DNA from: Callorhinchus milii
Taxonomy: Eukaryota
NCBI RefSeq assembly: GCF_018977255.1
Contig: NW_024705379.1
Span: forward strand, 1 to 50,397
Length of the DNA: 50,397 bases
Reading direction: 5' to 3'
In this document: in pieces, positions 36,901-49,443 of the stretch
Layout: each line of letters starts with the position of its first letter
How positions within the stretch are numbered: position 1 is the stretch's first letter
Program-made: the position numbers and the translations under genes
Notes under the pieces: generated by a model
What the model was told of the DNA's origin: nothing
Seen by the model: the letters and a program-made list of their open reading frames with translations, nothing else
Databases searched by the model: none

Positions 36901-39900
36901 GTACGTTCCCCCTTGAGGTGCGATCACGGACCGAGAAATCATCACCTAACTCCGTTTAAGATTTTCACGACCGAATCTGATGGATTGCGGAGCAGCCGGA
37001 TATTTTCTTATGGAATCCGGCCTGTAGGAGTCTCATTTACCAGATTCCACCTCTACGCACCTCACTTCTACCGTTAGTTCGACCTGGGATGGTAGAGCCA
37101 AGACATGTTTTTTGGTGTGACCACATAGTAACGCGGAACGCATCTTGCAGGTTGCTCGACTGTAGTAAAAATGATGAGCGTGTCGGTTGTACACGACCAA
37201 CTCAGGGTGAAAACACCAGCGGTAATACGTGAACAGAGTGTTTAGCGTCCGGGGTAAAAGTTAACTACGTTAAGATCCGTTCGTTATAGCACACGTCCGA
37301 TATTGATTCAAAGGTTCTAGCCCCAGACTTAGCAAACCTACCTATTGTTCTTCGACTATCACATCTCTGGACCGAGTTGGGCCCAGCTGAAACAGATGGC
37401 CACAAAACTTTCTAATTTGTCCTATCCATTCGAACTAAGGTAAATACTAAATGGTGAGGAAGAATAGAACTCGCTTTTACCGCGGATCCTAAAGTGGTTT
37501 ACAAGCTTAACAACAGACGAAATCCCAACTTTTTATGCACCCAAGAACTATAGACAAGGGCTCTTCCCATTCTCAACCCAGCCCAGCGTCATGGTAAATG
37601 CAAACAGGTCAAGTACGTTCCATTAAATAAAAGTTATATGGCATGTGAAAGGTTCGATGGTTGACAGGACCACCATTTTATATCGATGGGCGAATATTGT
37701 CGGTTCGTTACCCGTAGCAACGGCAACGAGCATACAGAAGCATTTACTAACTTCTTATTAGTCTCAACCCATGCCCGACAACTTTCCTTTTTGAATCACC
37801 GAGATTCGTAGACTAAGGCCAGACTAGTTAGTACTCCAGTTACCGCGCCTGTAGCTCGAGCCTCCATGCCGTTACCACTAGATGGTACCGCCACTTGGGA
37901 ATAGCTGAAGGCCGGACACAAATCATAATGCTATCATAACTGTGCCTGGTACGGAGTCCACTAAGACGCTGCCCGGTAGGGGCGCATCGGGTGATATGCC
38001 GGTGGAGTAGTTTAGCCTGAACATGCGAGAGTTTGCGGTTTAGAGAACGGTATGATCCACAGAGACCGGTGTTTGCGAGAAAGAGGCTATATCCGTGAAC
38101 AATTACTAACCTACTATGTTTCTTACACGAACCAGAGGCCCCACCAAGTCAGGTTCCTAGGTCATCGAGCTTTGCCGCGCCAAGTTCTTTTTATGCATTG
38201 CAACTCAAGAAACTTCAAGCACAACCATTAGGTTCTGATTTCATACGCCATCAGTTGCTCGGTCGAGAGGAACAGCTGACGCTCAGCTCAAAATCTCGGC
38301 CAACTCATTGGCCAGTACCACACGACAAGATATGGCCGCGGCCGTGACTGGATATGCATCTGGAGTCATGTAAGCGATGTACCAAGTTTGGTATGAGAGC
38401 GTTGAACTGCCATCGGAGGGACTCTAGGAGACGCTTTCTATGGTCGCCGCGCCTACGTTGGTACAATGCGAAAGATCAGTCGACCGTTCAGCGACGTCCC
38501 TCCGGTTATGGCTATCGGTGTTTTGGGTACGTGACACTTAGCGGGCCGATCGGGAAAAAGGCGCTCACTGCCCTCGGAATGGCAAGCGAAACACGAGCTA
38601 AGGTGTTACGTCGTCCGCATAAGGGCCAAAGAACCATCTGTAGATACTAGTGAGTTGTTAGCCTGGGCAGTGAGATGACTGTACGGGTGCTCCGTGCTAT
38701 TCTATACTACTGGTCTTGGATACGGCAGAGGGCTTATGTGCTGGTGGAGTGACTCCATCATTGTGACTGAGTTGCTCATTTGCAGTCAGTTAACTCGCCC
38801 GGACATGTCCTTGAACAGAGCATGGCTCCGGAATCCCGATATTGGCGGGTGGGGCATAGGGTGGTACCATAGATCATCAGGCCCTTGCCTACCTAGGATC
38901 TGGATTACGGGGCGATGTAATTGGTCTAGTCGGGATAGTAGGTCGTGGTCGCGGTAGTGAAGACACGTCCGTCAAGCCTCCGTATTCATTAGTACCTAAT
39001 GTTCTCAGATACCGTCCGGTAGCCCGATCAGCACTCAATGCACACGGGTCGTTCTGTGTTGGTCAGGTTTTTGTGAACTTGCCGAGCGTACATTAGAGCG
39101 TCGGACTCCTGACGGCATGTCAGGAATAGATATACTATGATCCACTGAAGGAGACGAATAGCAGTCCGAAGGACGTTGCTGTCAACTTATTCGCTACTAT
39201 CTGTGAACTTTTCAAAATCCGCCAAAGGAAACTGAGTTTATGGAGTCGTTCGCGAGCCTAATTGCGTCCACCTCCACTTGATGAGATTCGAGTGTTCTAA
39301 TAGCGTTATCCAAGACTCCCGTTTGTGCACACCGATGAGATCAGTCCATCAATAATAGTAGTAGAGGATACTATTGCGTCCGGACTGTTAGAGTTCATTG
39401 CATTCCCAATTAATAATAATCTCGGGAGAAAATCCATATCGCTGTACGCCAGCCACGAGAGAAGCGACCTTACTTGATGCAAAGGAAACAGTCGCACTAT
39501 ACGATAGATTCTGGTAACTGAAGTACTGATTACCCGTGATGCTTGTTCCGCTCCCGCGGCAAGGACCATTAATAGAATCCGTATCTGGATCGCCAAGCCC
39601 TAATTTAAACAGTCCACAGGCCTTGGCCTAAAAAATTTCCGACGTATTGCTCCGATTAACATTAAGAGGCCACGTTCGCGTCGACGCCACGAGAAGTGTT
39701 TTGTAAAGACTAGGAGAACTCAAGAGCGTTGCTTACGGCTTAAAGTTAGCTGCCAACGTGTTAGCCTTACGTTGAGAGAGTGTCTGCAGGCACAAGTCCC
39801 TGATGGCAAATCCTTAGTCTACTTTGCCTTGCTATGCGCTCTATCATGCATAGACCTGATTATAGCGGCCGCGGATCTACGTGAGGCACTCTAGTGTTAG

Positions 39901-42900
39901 TCGCACTCCCATGGCTCTCTATCTTAAGTATGTCGAAGGCGCAACAAAAATACACAACTGTGGAAAACCCGTAATTTCAGACGGCATATCTAACCTTAGA
40001 ACCCACGTCTGCAATTTCGGATTATAGGGGCGTACTACGTTGGAAGCTTGATATTCATTAAATAATGCTAACTTAGGGGTTGACCGTCACGTCATCGTCT
40101 ATGAGGCAGATCTAGGACAGGCCCTCACCCAAAGAGACCACAGGGTGTTGGTCGTTTGGACGTTAATATGGAATGTGATTCATTGAATCGTCTGTATAGA
40201 AAATGGGTTAAGGATCTGGGTTAGTCCCAGTGCTCGGGTAGCTTACTACAGGTGATGGATAAGACGGGAGCACGAGAGTCCAGGGGCCTTATCGAACGGG
40301 ATGTGTGGTTCAAAGGAATGGAAGTGGCCGTCCTTAGCTAGTCGGCAATAGCCGCTTCTTGTGGGCCAGCGTCGTTGTAACAATAGAACTAACCGGTGCA
40401 ACGTACCGACAGCCAACCTTGCCCTAGCATAGCGTAACATCCGATGTGTCTGGAAATGGGTGCAAGGGCGAAGTTTGAGACGCTCCTTGCCTACATGCCG
40501 TTCACTTGACTCTACTAAGCCGGCCTAGAGAGGCAATACTCTCTGTATCGTTGTGGGGCAGATAAATTCAGGGATTCTAAACCGTGCGGGCACAAGGGCT
40601 TGAGCGGTTAGGAATCATTATCATTGTCTAGACTGACCTTCAGACACGCTCGGGACGAGATAAACTCGATGAGACCCTCTAAAATTACAGTACTAATGCC
40701 GTTGGCCAAATTTCCGCGCCATGACACAGCAGGTAGACCACTGCAGACGGAATCCTGATGAGACCGTCGACGAACCATAAACATCCCTCCACGCTTCTAC
40801 AGATGATGACCATAAGGACCACCCACAAGGCTAGAATAGGCATAACTTCTAAATCCGCTGAACAACAGCGGCTTAACGCGCTATTCGGTTAGGGCGAAAA
40901 GAACAGTATAATTCTTATCTTAGTCACGGTACAGGCGGCAAATCGTGCCACGCAGGCAAGGTTACTTTCCATCTCCACAGGGATTTAATTGAACACTCTG
41001 TTAGTGCCCCGGGTATAAAAGCTTAGCTTTACCGGGTAGTTTGGGAGAGTTAGCCCACAAGTGTATTTCGTTGTCCTGGTGGGCTGAAATTAAAATTAGG
41101 CGTCCAGCCGTACTTCACCAATGCACTAACCTTCCGTGATCGAAGCCTCCTTAGCTCGGTATTATATATTCGCCCTTCTGAGGTTCTCGTCAGTACCACA
41201 TGTAGGGGGTGCCGCGGGGTCAAACGTAAACAATCGATGCGGGGGAGCTATCTGCCTCTTTCTATTATTTTGCTCAGCCAAGGCGGTAAGAAACGTGGGA
41301 ATTAAACATCCCGAGAGAAGCACCGACGGGATACCGGCGACGGATCAAATCTGGCGTTTGGTTCGAAGGCGAGCGGCAGAGGGATGCGTGAACGATGCTG
41401 GTCAGGAGACCCGCTAAGCGTGCAGCTCCGAGTTCGGCAGCAGCAAGTTGAGTCATTTGATCCGTCGCGTACACCAGCGTAATCGGTGGATGGATGACCA
41501 TCTATTTCTTTTATTGACCAATAACTAAGTCGGGCCAGCTCTGTTTGGATCGTCAGGCCTCCTTCATCGCATTACAACAGTATGGACTGACGACAAATGC
41601 GAGTATGAGCGAAGTTGCTAGATCAGGGCACGATTGCGTCGGCCCGACTGGAGTTATTCGCCCACCCAGCCAATCTAAACGCTTCCCCCTTCCCTGAAAT
41701 CCGACACTCCCCTATATTGGGCGGAAAATTCAACACAGCTCAAGATAACGCGGTTACGTCCTGTCTCCGGTGATTGATACCAATAGGAAACTCTTAGCAA
41801 GATTTAATAAGGTTATCGTACGGGTTATGTGTGATCAGCTTAAGACGTGTACATACTATTTTTGATGCTGATAAGACCTATCGAACATGAGTACACCACC
41901 TGCGAGTATAGGGCAACATCAAGCCAGCTCTAAGGCACGCACTCAAACCATAACTACTAAGTCTAGAAGTATCTTTAGTGACGCCCGCCGTCTGACCAGA
42001 ACTGAAACAGATTCCTATTCGCAATACCACCACCGCCGTTCTTCTCAGTGATCCGTCTAACTTCGAGCACTTTAATCGAAACCGCCCTACGCTTGTGGCA
42101 CATCATGACCGTCGACAGAAGTGCGCCAACACCGACGCCTAACGCTAGCATCTGTCCGCGCGCACCCTAGGGGGCAACAGTGTCGCCTACAGAACTTGGC
42201 CTAGGGAGCCACGACTACATTGGGAGCATCTCTACGTCTCTCCAATTCCTCTGCAAGGACAGTAACTCTATAGTTCCTTCCATAGGTTGATGCCAGGACG
42301 TCCGTCAGTTGGCATGGATCAATCCTTACGTAGCATTTTGCTGCGGTATAAAACTTTCACTGATAGTGCTCAGACACCTCTTCATGTGGTATCACGGGAA
42401 TTACAGTAGCTTGACTTAAAATGGCAGGTAATCGCATCTTTTATGCCAACGCTTTTTACCATATTGACTTTGAGGTGACAGCGCTTGGCAGCGCTCAAGA
42501 GTACAATGAGGATCCTAATGAAGGGCGTCTTTGTTCCCCTAAAGATTATAGTTGCACTCACCACCATGTCCAGAACAGGGGCCATCTCACGACGGACGTG
42601 TTCGCTACACTTCGAAAACGCGCCATTATTAGTGTAAAATATGACTTAAATGCCTGGGGGATTTCACTGGTGCGTGACTCACCAAGGGGCCAATTCGATC
42701 GTGACACCCTCGCCACCCGGTGCGAAGACGAGTCCTTAACCCAGCGAACCCATACTGGGCGGGTCGTCGCAAGGCCTCATTCGGCCAGTTATTGTCGGCT
42801 ACAGGCTATGCCCCAAATAGGGAGCGACCCATTTTGCATAGACGAGTACCGACGAGGGCCGACTTCATTTCAACCCATGATATCAACCTGACCCACGGGT

Positions 42901-44210
42901 TGAGGGTTGATGCGTCTTTATCGAGACTAAGCTAAAAAGACGCTTGGCGGACTACCTTGCGAGTACAGAAATGAAATTACACAGGAAATAGTAGCTGCCG
43001 TTGTTGTACCGGAATGCGTATAGCAATCAAAGCTACGCGAATCGGACCCCGCCAGCGAATGACCGTTAAAGTCTTGGACTGACCCAACACGCAGGTCTTT
43101 AATACGGTGAAAGTCTTCTGTAATGACATCAATGTACCAACGAAGAACCACGTATCACATGCGGGATTGACGATGAAGTGCAAACGAGCGCTGTTGAATG
43201 TCTAGTGTGAAGGAATTAGTGAGTATTGCTTGGGGCCGATGCAGGTAATCCTCAGTCAGTATAACGATGTGGTCACTCATAGTTCCTAAACTTTCTGTGC
43301 TTCTTCGTAGACGGACTGAGCGTGCCTCCTAGAGGCCCCTCCAATGGGTTCAGACGTCCACACATAGTAGGTCGCCACAGAATGGATCGACATTCTCAGC
43401 ATCCAACGAATACATAGTTTCGCTAACCGCCTAAGCTGTCTGCGAAGCACGGGCCAACGTTAAGAGCAGAGAAGGTCTTGAAACTCGGGGTGACTTTTGC
43501 CGGTCTACCCACGCAAGTGAGACCAACTATTAGACGTGTGTATGGACTTGGCTGTTTAAGTTTTGCTGGGGCAACGTGCTGTCTGAGTAATTCACGCGGT
43601 AACCTCAGGATACAAACTATGTACCTAATCCTATAGGGCAAGATGATTGTATACGTACTGTAAATATCCTTTAGAACGCGTCAATAAGAACTCTCCTCGA
43701 CTATATCTGGCTCGATCCCCTTCGACAGGAGAGGGTCTTGTCATCCACTGCGCTCTAAAGGACTTTTCCGACGGAGCACTATACTCTTGAGCTTAGCATA
43801 TATTTTCACTCGACCTCCTTCAACGTCAGTGCGCGGTGCAATCTCACACCGTTTCAATTCCCTCCCCTATCTCGTTTGGTGATTTAATGCCTTATATTGG
43901 CAAACAACTGCCCTTAGGTGTATTTAGTACTTACCAGCTAATTTAGGTGGGTTGGGTCTGATATATTAACCGGACTAGTTCAGGCCTTGCAAAGCGTTCG
44001 GAGGGAATTAGTGACCTCAAGTTCACGGGATTTTGAATCACGCGTAGAGCCATCGACAGGTCGGGCCCCTGGGATGACAGATAAGGTGTTATATCTCTTG
44101 GTGATGCAGTAGCCATGTTAGCATAGTATGCCTAGGATGATATTGCCTAAGAATGTCTAGCCTGCCAGGCCGCTCCTGTCGCGTGTTCGAGCCATCCGGG
44201 GAGAGGCTCG
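12994..44210. other. ~31 kb featureless, random-like sequence; probably synthetic, shuffled or artefactual (right boundary approximate)
   Basis: Near-uniform base usage with abundant CpG and CTAG. I saw no microsatellites, long homopolymers or copies of the flanking SINE families. The longest listed ORF is 156 aa and none has a recognisable motif. Confidence 0.8.
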
Positions 44211-44289
44211 TTAAAATTTTCATGTAGAGCTCTGCGAGATAATATGACTCATCACATAAAATGTAAACTTCATGATAAAGTATTAATTT

Positions 44290-44700
44290 ATGTATTATGT
44301 ACAATATTAAAGAGGGAAGTTCCATGTACATGTTTGAACAATGAACAGATTTGACATATCTATCAATATTCCCTTCATTTTGTAATAAATGAAACCTCTG
44401 ACATCCGCAAGGTTATCTGCTGCCTCACTGGTCTTTTGAAGATCATGGTGAAACTTGTCCAGAAACCACAACAATGAGCACCCATGGATCACGTGTCCTC
44501 TAGGATTTTATTCCATTCTGCAGATAGGAACAGGAGCAGTGAGAAGCTTGGATATGCTCATCTCAGCAGGGTCTCACTCCCCTGGTTGTGATTCTATTCT
44601 CGAGTAGGGTTGATAAATGATAACTGGTAATCCGGTGACCATCTTCAGAATTGATCACCGATTCTGAAAGTCAGAAACCAGCAACCATTTCCATTCAAAT
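44290..44700 (-). mobile_element. Possible highly degenerate LINE RT remnant (CR1/L2-like)
   Basis: GILIDMSNLF resembles the GVFLDLSKAF RT motif. There is a weak upstream resemblance (DYQLS..LSTLLE) to NYRPISLLS. Confidence 0.3.
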
Positions 44701-44921
44701 GTTAGTAATAAATGCACTGGTTGGCTCGTGTGAACATACAAATGGCATAGCGGCCTACATAAGTGACCCTGTGGTACATTTTCCCTCATTTCTCAATTAA
44801 AAGGTAAAGGTGCAACTCGACAATTACTTGCTTTTTGTTCACAACACTGCTCGTGGAAGGGCCTCCACAGGAGGAAGCTCTAGAGGACATTTGGCCTACA
44901 CTTATATGCTGGCCAGACATC

Positions 44922-45258
44922 TGTATGTATGTATGTATGCATGTTAACTTCTTTTTGACCGTACGTTGCCAACCTTGTTATTCGGAGGTGCGGGGCAAGG
45001 GCAACAAACTAAACACAAAAAGCAGTTCTAAAGAAATGAGTTTTCAACCTAGAGTTAAAAAGTGCATAGCCCCAATGGCAACATCTGCTGATCGACTTTG
45101 GGGTGCCCATTTATACTGCTCGGTGGCCAGGTGGAGTTATCTAAGAAGCTTGCGCCTTTATTTCAACTGCCGTGCCAGAGGATGGATTCGAACCGGCTAT
45201 CTCTGGATCACGACTCAAATGTGCTGCTGATACCCATTACTACCCATTGCAGCCCCCC
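44922..45258 (-). mobile_element. tRNA-derived SINE with (TACA)n tail, near full length
   Basis: The reverse complement has B box GGTTCGAATCC, then CCACCGAGCAGTATAAATGGGCACC (resembling a conserved SINE central motif). It ends in the shared tail ...AAGAAGTTAACATGCATACATACATAC. Confidence 0.75.
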
Positions 45259-46140
45259 TTTGTTCCTCAGTTAAACAGATAAAAATGTGATGTTAATTTG
45301 TGAAACATGTTTATGTGTGGCAAAACAGTAGGTGGTTTATTACCATTCACATACATGTCAAGTCTCAAGGATTATCATTGAGACTCACAGTTATTTTATT
45401 TAATTTCTGTTGCTGACCTGAAAATAATAAACTCAGATCTAGATATTTATTTATTGCAGTGCATTGGCAGCTGCTGCCCATTGGTTCAAGTCTTGTGTAT
45501 GGGATAGCTCCAAAAATGTTGTCTTTTCTCACAGCCTTTCAATGAGACATAAGCGGAAAACAAATAGAGTTATTACTATTCAAGGTTAGTATTATTATTG
45601 CATTCAATATGGGGATGTTCACGAAGTGATGGTGGGGCATTAGCCCATTGCTGCTACATACACATATTTAGTAATCATCCCCTCTCTACCATTTCTCCAA
45701 ATGTAGACTTGCCCGTGCATGCTTGAAAGTTAAATGTTACTCTGCTCTCTGTTTCTTGTGGGGTTTTTTCCTGAGGTTTATCAGTAGGGGTCTCACTAAT
45801 TTGAACCCTTTGGGGTTTACATGTATGCAGTTATTTCATGCGGTTACCGGTGATGCAAAAAAACAACAGCTTTAACAATACTACTAAGTAACCACCATTA
45901 TCATCCTCTGTGCTCTGGGAAAAAGTTTAACGACACTATGTTTTGCTTGTACAAAATGCAGGCATCTATTTGCAAACAACTGCTACAAATCCTGCACCTT
46001 CTATATACAATAGCTCCCAGTTATTGGTGCTGAGAATTGAATGCTAGGTGAGAGCTATTGCTCCTTGAAGCGGAAAAGCTTCAGTGAGGCCGATGACCAC
46101 CATTGCTCTCACATCTTGAGCTTCTGAAGGCCAAATTGCT

Positions 46141-46443
46141 GGGACTGCATAGCGCAGCGGTGGTGAGATGTTAACTACTTAGTCTGGTATACAGGCGGTT
46201 GTGGGTTCGAGCCCGACCCTGACGCCTGTATATTTGGAGTTTGCATGTTGTCCCGTGGTTGCGTGAATTTTTCTCCGGGTCCTCCGTTTTTTTCCTCCAC
46301 ATTTATAAACATGCGTTTAGAGTACTTGACTGCTATAATTTTCCACGTGAAAAGCCACTTCAATGGGCTATCATTTGTGGCCAGGTCGCTTCTGAAAAAT
46401 AACTATATAGATCAGTGGGCCTTACCTGGTAAAATAAAAAAAA
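46141..46443 (+). mobile_element. V-SINE, full-length copy
   Basis: tRNA head with A box TAGCGCAGCGG and B box GGTTCGAGCCC. V-domain GGAGTTTGCATGTTGTCCCGTGGTTGCGTGAATTTTTCTCCGGGTCCTCCGTTTTTTTCCTCCAC, then an A-rich end. Confidence 0.9.
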
Positions 46444-46673
46444 TTGTTGCATAATTTGTTCGTTCAATATTTTAAGCATGATGAGCGGTGCTTGCCAGTG
46501 CCACTGAGGTAACCTGGAGGCATATGGACATATGTTATTATTTATCGGACCGCAGAGCTTGGTAAATCGTTGACAGCGGCTCACCGAGTGGCTACCAACC
46601 CCCACTTGTCTGTGGATTCTCGTGCCTCAAATAATTATTTCTCTTCGAGAGCGAGCGAATACTGTATGGAACG

Positions 46674-46750
46674 TTATGTATGTATGCTGAACTTCTTTCG
46701 CACCGTACGAAGACAACCGTGCTAATTGGAGGTGGGGGGGGACAATAGAC
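46674..46750 (-). repeat. SINE/LINE 3'-tail fragment with (TACA)n tail
   Basis: TATGTATGTATGCTGAACTTCTTTCGCACCGTACGAAGACAACCGTGCTAATTGGAGGTG, same family as 3821-3886. Confidence 0.75.
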
Positions 46751-46974
46751 TATTTAAAAAAATGAGTCAACCTTTTGGTGTAATCTCCGTGTTTTTTGTA
46801 TTAGTTCCCTTGCATGGCTGGGGTAGGAGAAGGCGTGATGTATTACACGTTGAGATTTTAATTATTGTGAATGGCAACGTCCGATTGTCAAGGGTTCGTT
46901 CACATGGAAAGATGGACATTATCCACAGGTGTTTTGTTACAATGGTTGTGACATGCAGTGAGGGCAGCACTCAC

Positions 46975-47086
46975 CTACACCCCCTCCTTGTGGAAGGTTC
47001 GTGATAGCGCTTGCCGCTCCTCCCGGTTGTATGCATCTTTTATACCATCAATCATCTGCAGGGTTGGGACGATTGAATTGTCATAC
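46975..47086 (-). CDS. Last coding exon of an unidentified spliced gene
   Basis: Acceptor ttgtttttccag, phase 2. Encodes (R)YDNSIVPTLQMIDGIKDAYNREERQALSRTFHKEGV*; TAG is followed directly by donor gtgagt. Phase-compatible with exon 48695-48761. Confidence 0.65.
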
Positions 47087-47469
47087 CTGGAAAAACAAGG
47101 GTGCAGTTTAAGATTAAACTGACATTATTTAAAGACAACGGAATGCCAATATACACATTATTCATCTAAGAAAAAGCATCAATATGTATGTAGCTTATTA
47201 TTTCATGTTTATATAATTGTGTTTCAATGTGTTTTCATGAACTATAAAATCTGCCACCCTACATGTTAAGGTTTTATATTGGTAAAAAACCTTTCTCCAC
47301 TCAGACAAATACACTTATTTTAATTAAGCAATTAACTACTGCAAAGATATATGATCATAAATGTCCAGTATGTATATTTAGGAGTTACACAGTTGTCACT
47401 CACACAGCTCAACTCAGCGAAGGCGTCCTGTAGTCATTTAAAAAGCTGATTTCCACAATTTCAATCTTC

Positions 47470-47900
47470 CTGACGTTCCATCTCTATTTCTGTCTCTCCC
47501 CACATCACCACGTCTCATTCATCTCCATTCACCATGTGAATCATCTCTTTCTAGATTCTCTCTACATTATTTCTGTGAATCAATCTTGGCCCCACTACCT
47601 TCCCATGGCCCCGTGTCTCTTCGCATGTTCTTCTGTGTCCATGTCTTTCCTCATATCTCTTTGTCACTCTGCATATCTCTCCTCATATCCCTGTTTCTTT
47701 CTTGTAATTCTCCCCATGTCTCTCTTCATGTACTTATGTCTATCCATCTTTCCCACTGTTCTCCCTGTCGTTGCACATTACGAGTGGAGTCACTGCTTCT
47801 TAGCCTGTGTACCTGAGTTACCCCGTTGTCTTCCGATGTCTATGGAGCTTCCTTGCATCTCTTGCCACATCCTCCACAGTGGCCTTTGCACTTTCTCTGC
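47470..47900. repeat. CT-rich low-complexity / degenerate simple repeat (intronic)
   Basis: Strong C/T strand bias with recurring CATGTCTCT/CATCTCT motifs. Confidence 0.55.
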
Positions 47901-48114
47901 CTTGATCGTTACAGCCTCCCCAATGCACTTTCTCACCCAACCCGTTAATGCGCCGCACTGTGCGACTCCAGCTCATGCTGCTTCTGGATTAACTTCTGGC
48001 TCCTGCTTCTCACCAAGAGTTTACCAGGCACTACTCTGCGCTCGTAACGTAATTTGCCATTCAAATGTAAGAGGCAGTTCTCAGCATACACACTGAATCA
48101 ATCTAAAATGCTTG

Positions 48115-48624
48115 TGTAATGAGAGAGCGCCATCTGCTGGATGCTAATGCGTAGCTGCATGGGCACTCTCGGCTAACTGGTATCCAATCCTAAGTGAGGA
48201 TTCCATCTGGGCCAAAGGTGACGGCGGAGTTAGCGAGAACGTGCGGGAGGGAAGGTTCCACGAGGGGGCGTGGCTAGAGGCGGAGCTTATCTCCGCCGGG
48301 CGCAATACTGTATAAGGAGAGGCAGGAAAGGACTCGTGGTCGGCGTGGGAAGCCTCGAGTCCGTACTGCAGCACCGCCAACCTCTACTCGCCACCGACCA
48401 CGTGGCGGACTCCTCCAGCGAAGCCTCCTCTCCTCCCAGTACGCCGCCAGCCAGCGGCGGACCGGAGCGAGAGAGGGGCGATTCGCGTGAAAGAGAGCGG
48501 GTGCGCATCACGGTAGAGAATAGAGAGGAGTCATCCGGAGAGAGAGAGAAGGAGCAGAGCCGTGCAGTTATTGTTAATAAAGAAAGACGCCAGTCAGAAG
48601 TCGTCGTGGAAGTGCTTTATTACA
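48115..48624 (+). mobile_element. Probable solo LTR (Gypsy-like), 510 bp
   Basis: GC-rich block bounded by inverted termini TGTAAT...ATTACA, with near-TSD CTTG/CTTA (3 of 4). TATAA at 48311 and AATAAA at 48576 are in LTR order. Confidence 0.72.
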
Positions 48625-48694
48625 CTTACATTACTTAGAATTAAAATGTAAGGTGCAGTCAAGCCTTTGCAGGTGAGGAGACTGTTCCTCTCAC

Positions 48695-48761
48695 CTGGAG
48701 AGCTTCTTCAGGTCGTCCAGAAGAATCCGCACCTGCTCCGACTTCTTCTTGAATCTCTCGT
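48695..48761 (-). CDS. Internal exon of an unidentified spliced gene
   Basis: 67-nt exon, gctgtgatag acceptor and gtgaga donor, phase 1 to 2. Encodes ERFKKKSEQVRILLDDLKKLS(R) with GC3-rich codons. Confidence 0.68.
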
Positions 48762-49207
48762 CTATCACAGCAACAGCACAAGCACTCAAGTCAACTCAAG
48801 CCAAATTACTGAGGTCGCACTCGAGTCCATTGCCTCAAGTCCCCTATCTTCATGGAGTTTTGGACAACGTTCACCTCCACTAGGACCCTGAGCTCATGGT
48901 AGAAATTCCACATTCTAATGGCAGATGTGATTCTTCAACAGGAATACAACTTTGTTGCCAATAAGGTTTGATCTCAACTTTACAACTCAGTCGCATTCTA
49001 CAAGGTGTTTCAAAATTATGGACCCAATTTCAATGCAGTACTGCTACCACAGCATTGACTACCAATCCCATTGCTCAAATGGTATGAGGGTCCCAGCCAG
49101 GCCCCAGTTACAAGGCTCGAGTTTTCAGGGTAGGGCTCTGTGAGCTCAACACGACACTTGCGATAGCATGCAAAGGAACTGGAGTCACCATTAAGTGCCC
49201 TCCACAG

Positions 49208-49443
49208 GTATACGTGGTACAGATATGCTTGCCCCCATGTGCAGTGGCCACATCCTCCCCATGGCTCCCGGTGGCAACACCGTCACACACCGCGTCGCGC
49301 CGTGATACGGGAGCCGCAGGAGAACAGCGTGGCGCAACCCCCCAAGCCTGCGAGCAGCGTGCCCCGCACGGAGGGAGAGAACTCTACCCACAGTGGGATG
49401 CATGGGACTGCTCGAAAGGCCCCTGCAAGTGGCCGGGCGGATT
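49208..49443. other. GC-rich exon-like segment, strand unresolved
   Basis: The plus strand has acceptor ccctccacag (49207), donor gtgagt (49444) and two open frames. The minus strand also offers a phase-1 reading (AFRAVPCIPLWVEFSPSVRGTLLAG...) that could join exon 48695-48761 via a weak donor. Confidence 0.35.

Noticed and set aside
12994..44210. ORFs of 100-156 aa in the central block (e.g. 42421-42891, 22454-22909, 24362-24766, 23369-23764) as genes of a novel system
   Set aside because: No recognisable motifs, low coding density, no operon-like packing and random-like amino acid composition. Lengths are compatible with chance.
12994..44210. CRISPR array, prophage, endogenous virus or large transposon cargo
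   Set aside because: I saw no regularly spaced repeats, terminal repeats, TSD or long ORFs. Short coincidences such as GATTACGGT twice near 29430-29456 are expected by chance.
46141..46225. tRNA genes at the SINE heads (also 5420-5491 and 45170-45258)
   Set aside because: A/B boxes are present, but there is no convincing cloverleaf and each continues into a SINE body.
47536..48096. 186-aa ORF (also the 163-aa ORF at 11338-11829)
   Set aside because: They arise from CT-rich or T-rich low-complexity sequence poor in stop codons, and have no domain features.
48144..48638. Overlapping ORFs on both strands in the GC-rich block
   Set aside because: Better explained as a solo LTR (TG..CA termini, TATA, polyA signal).
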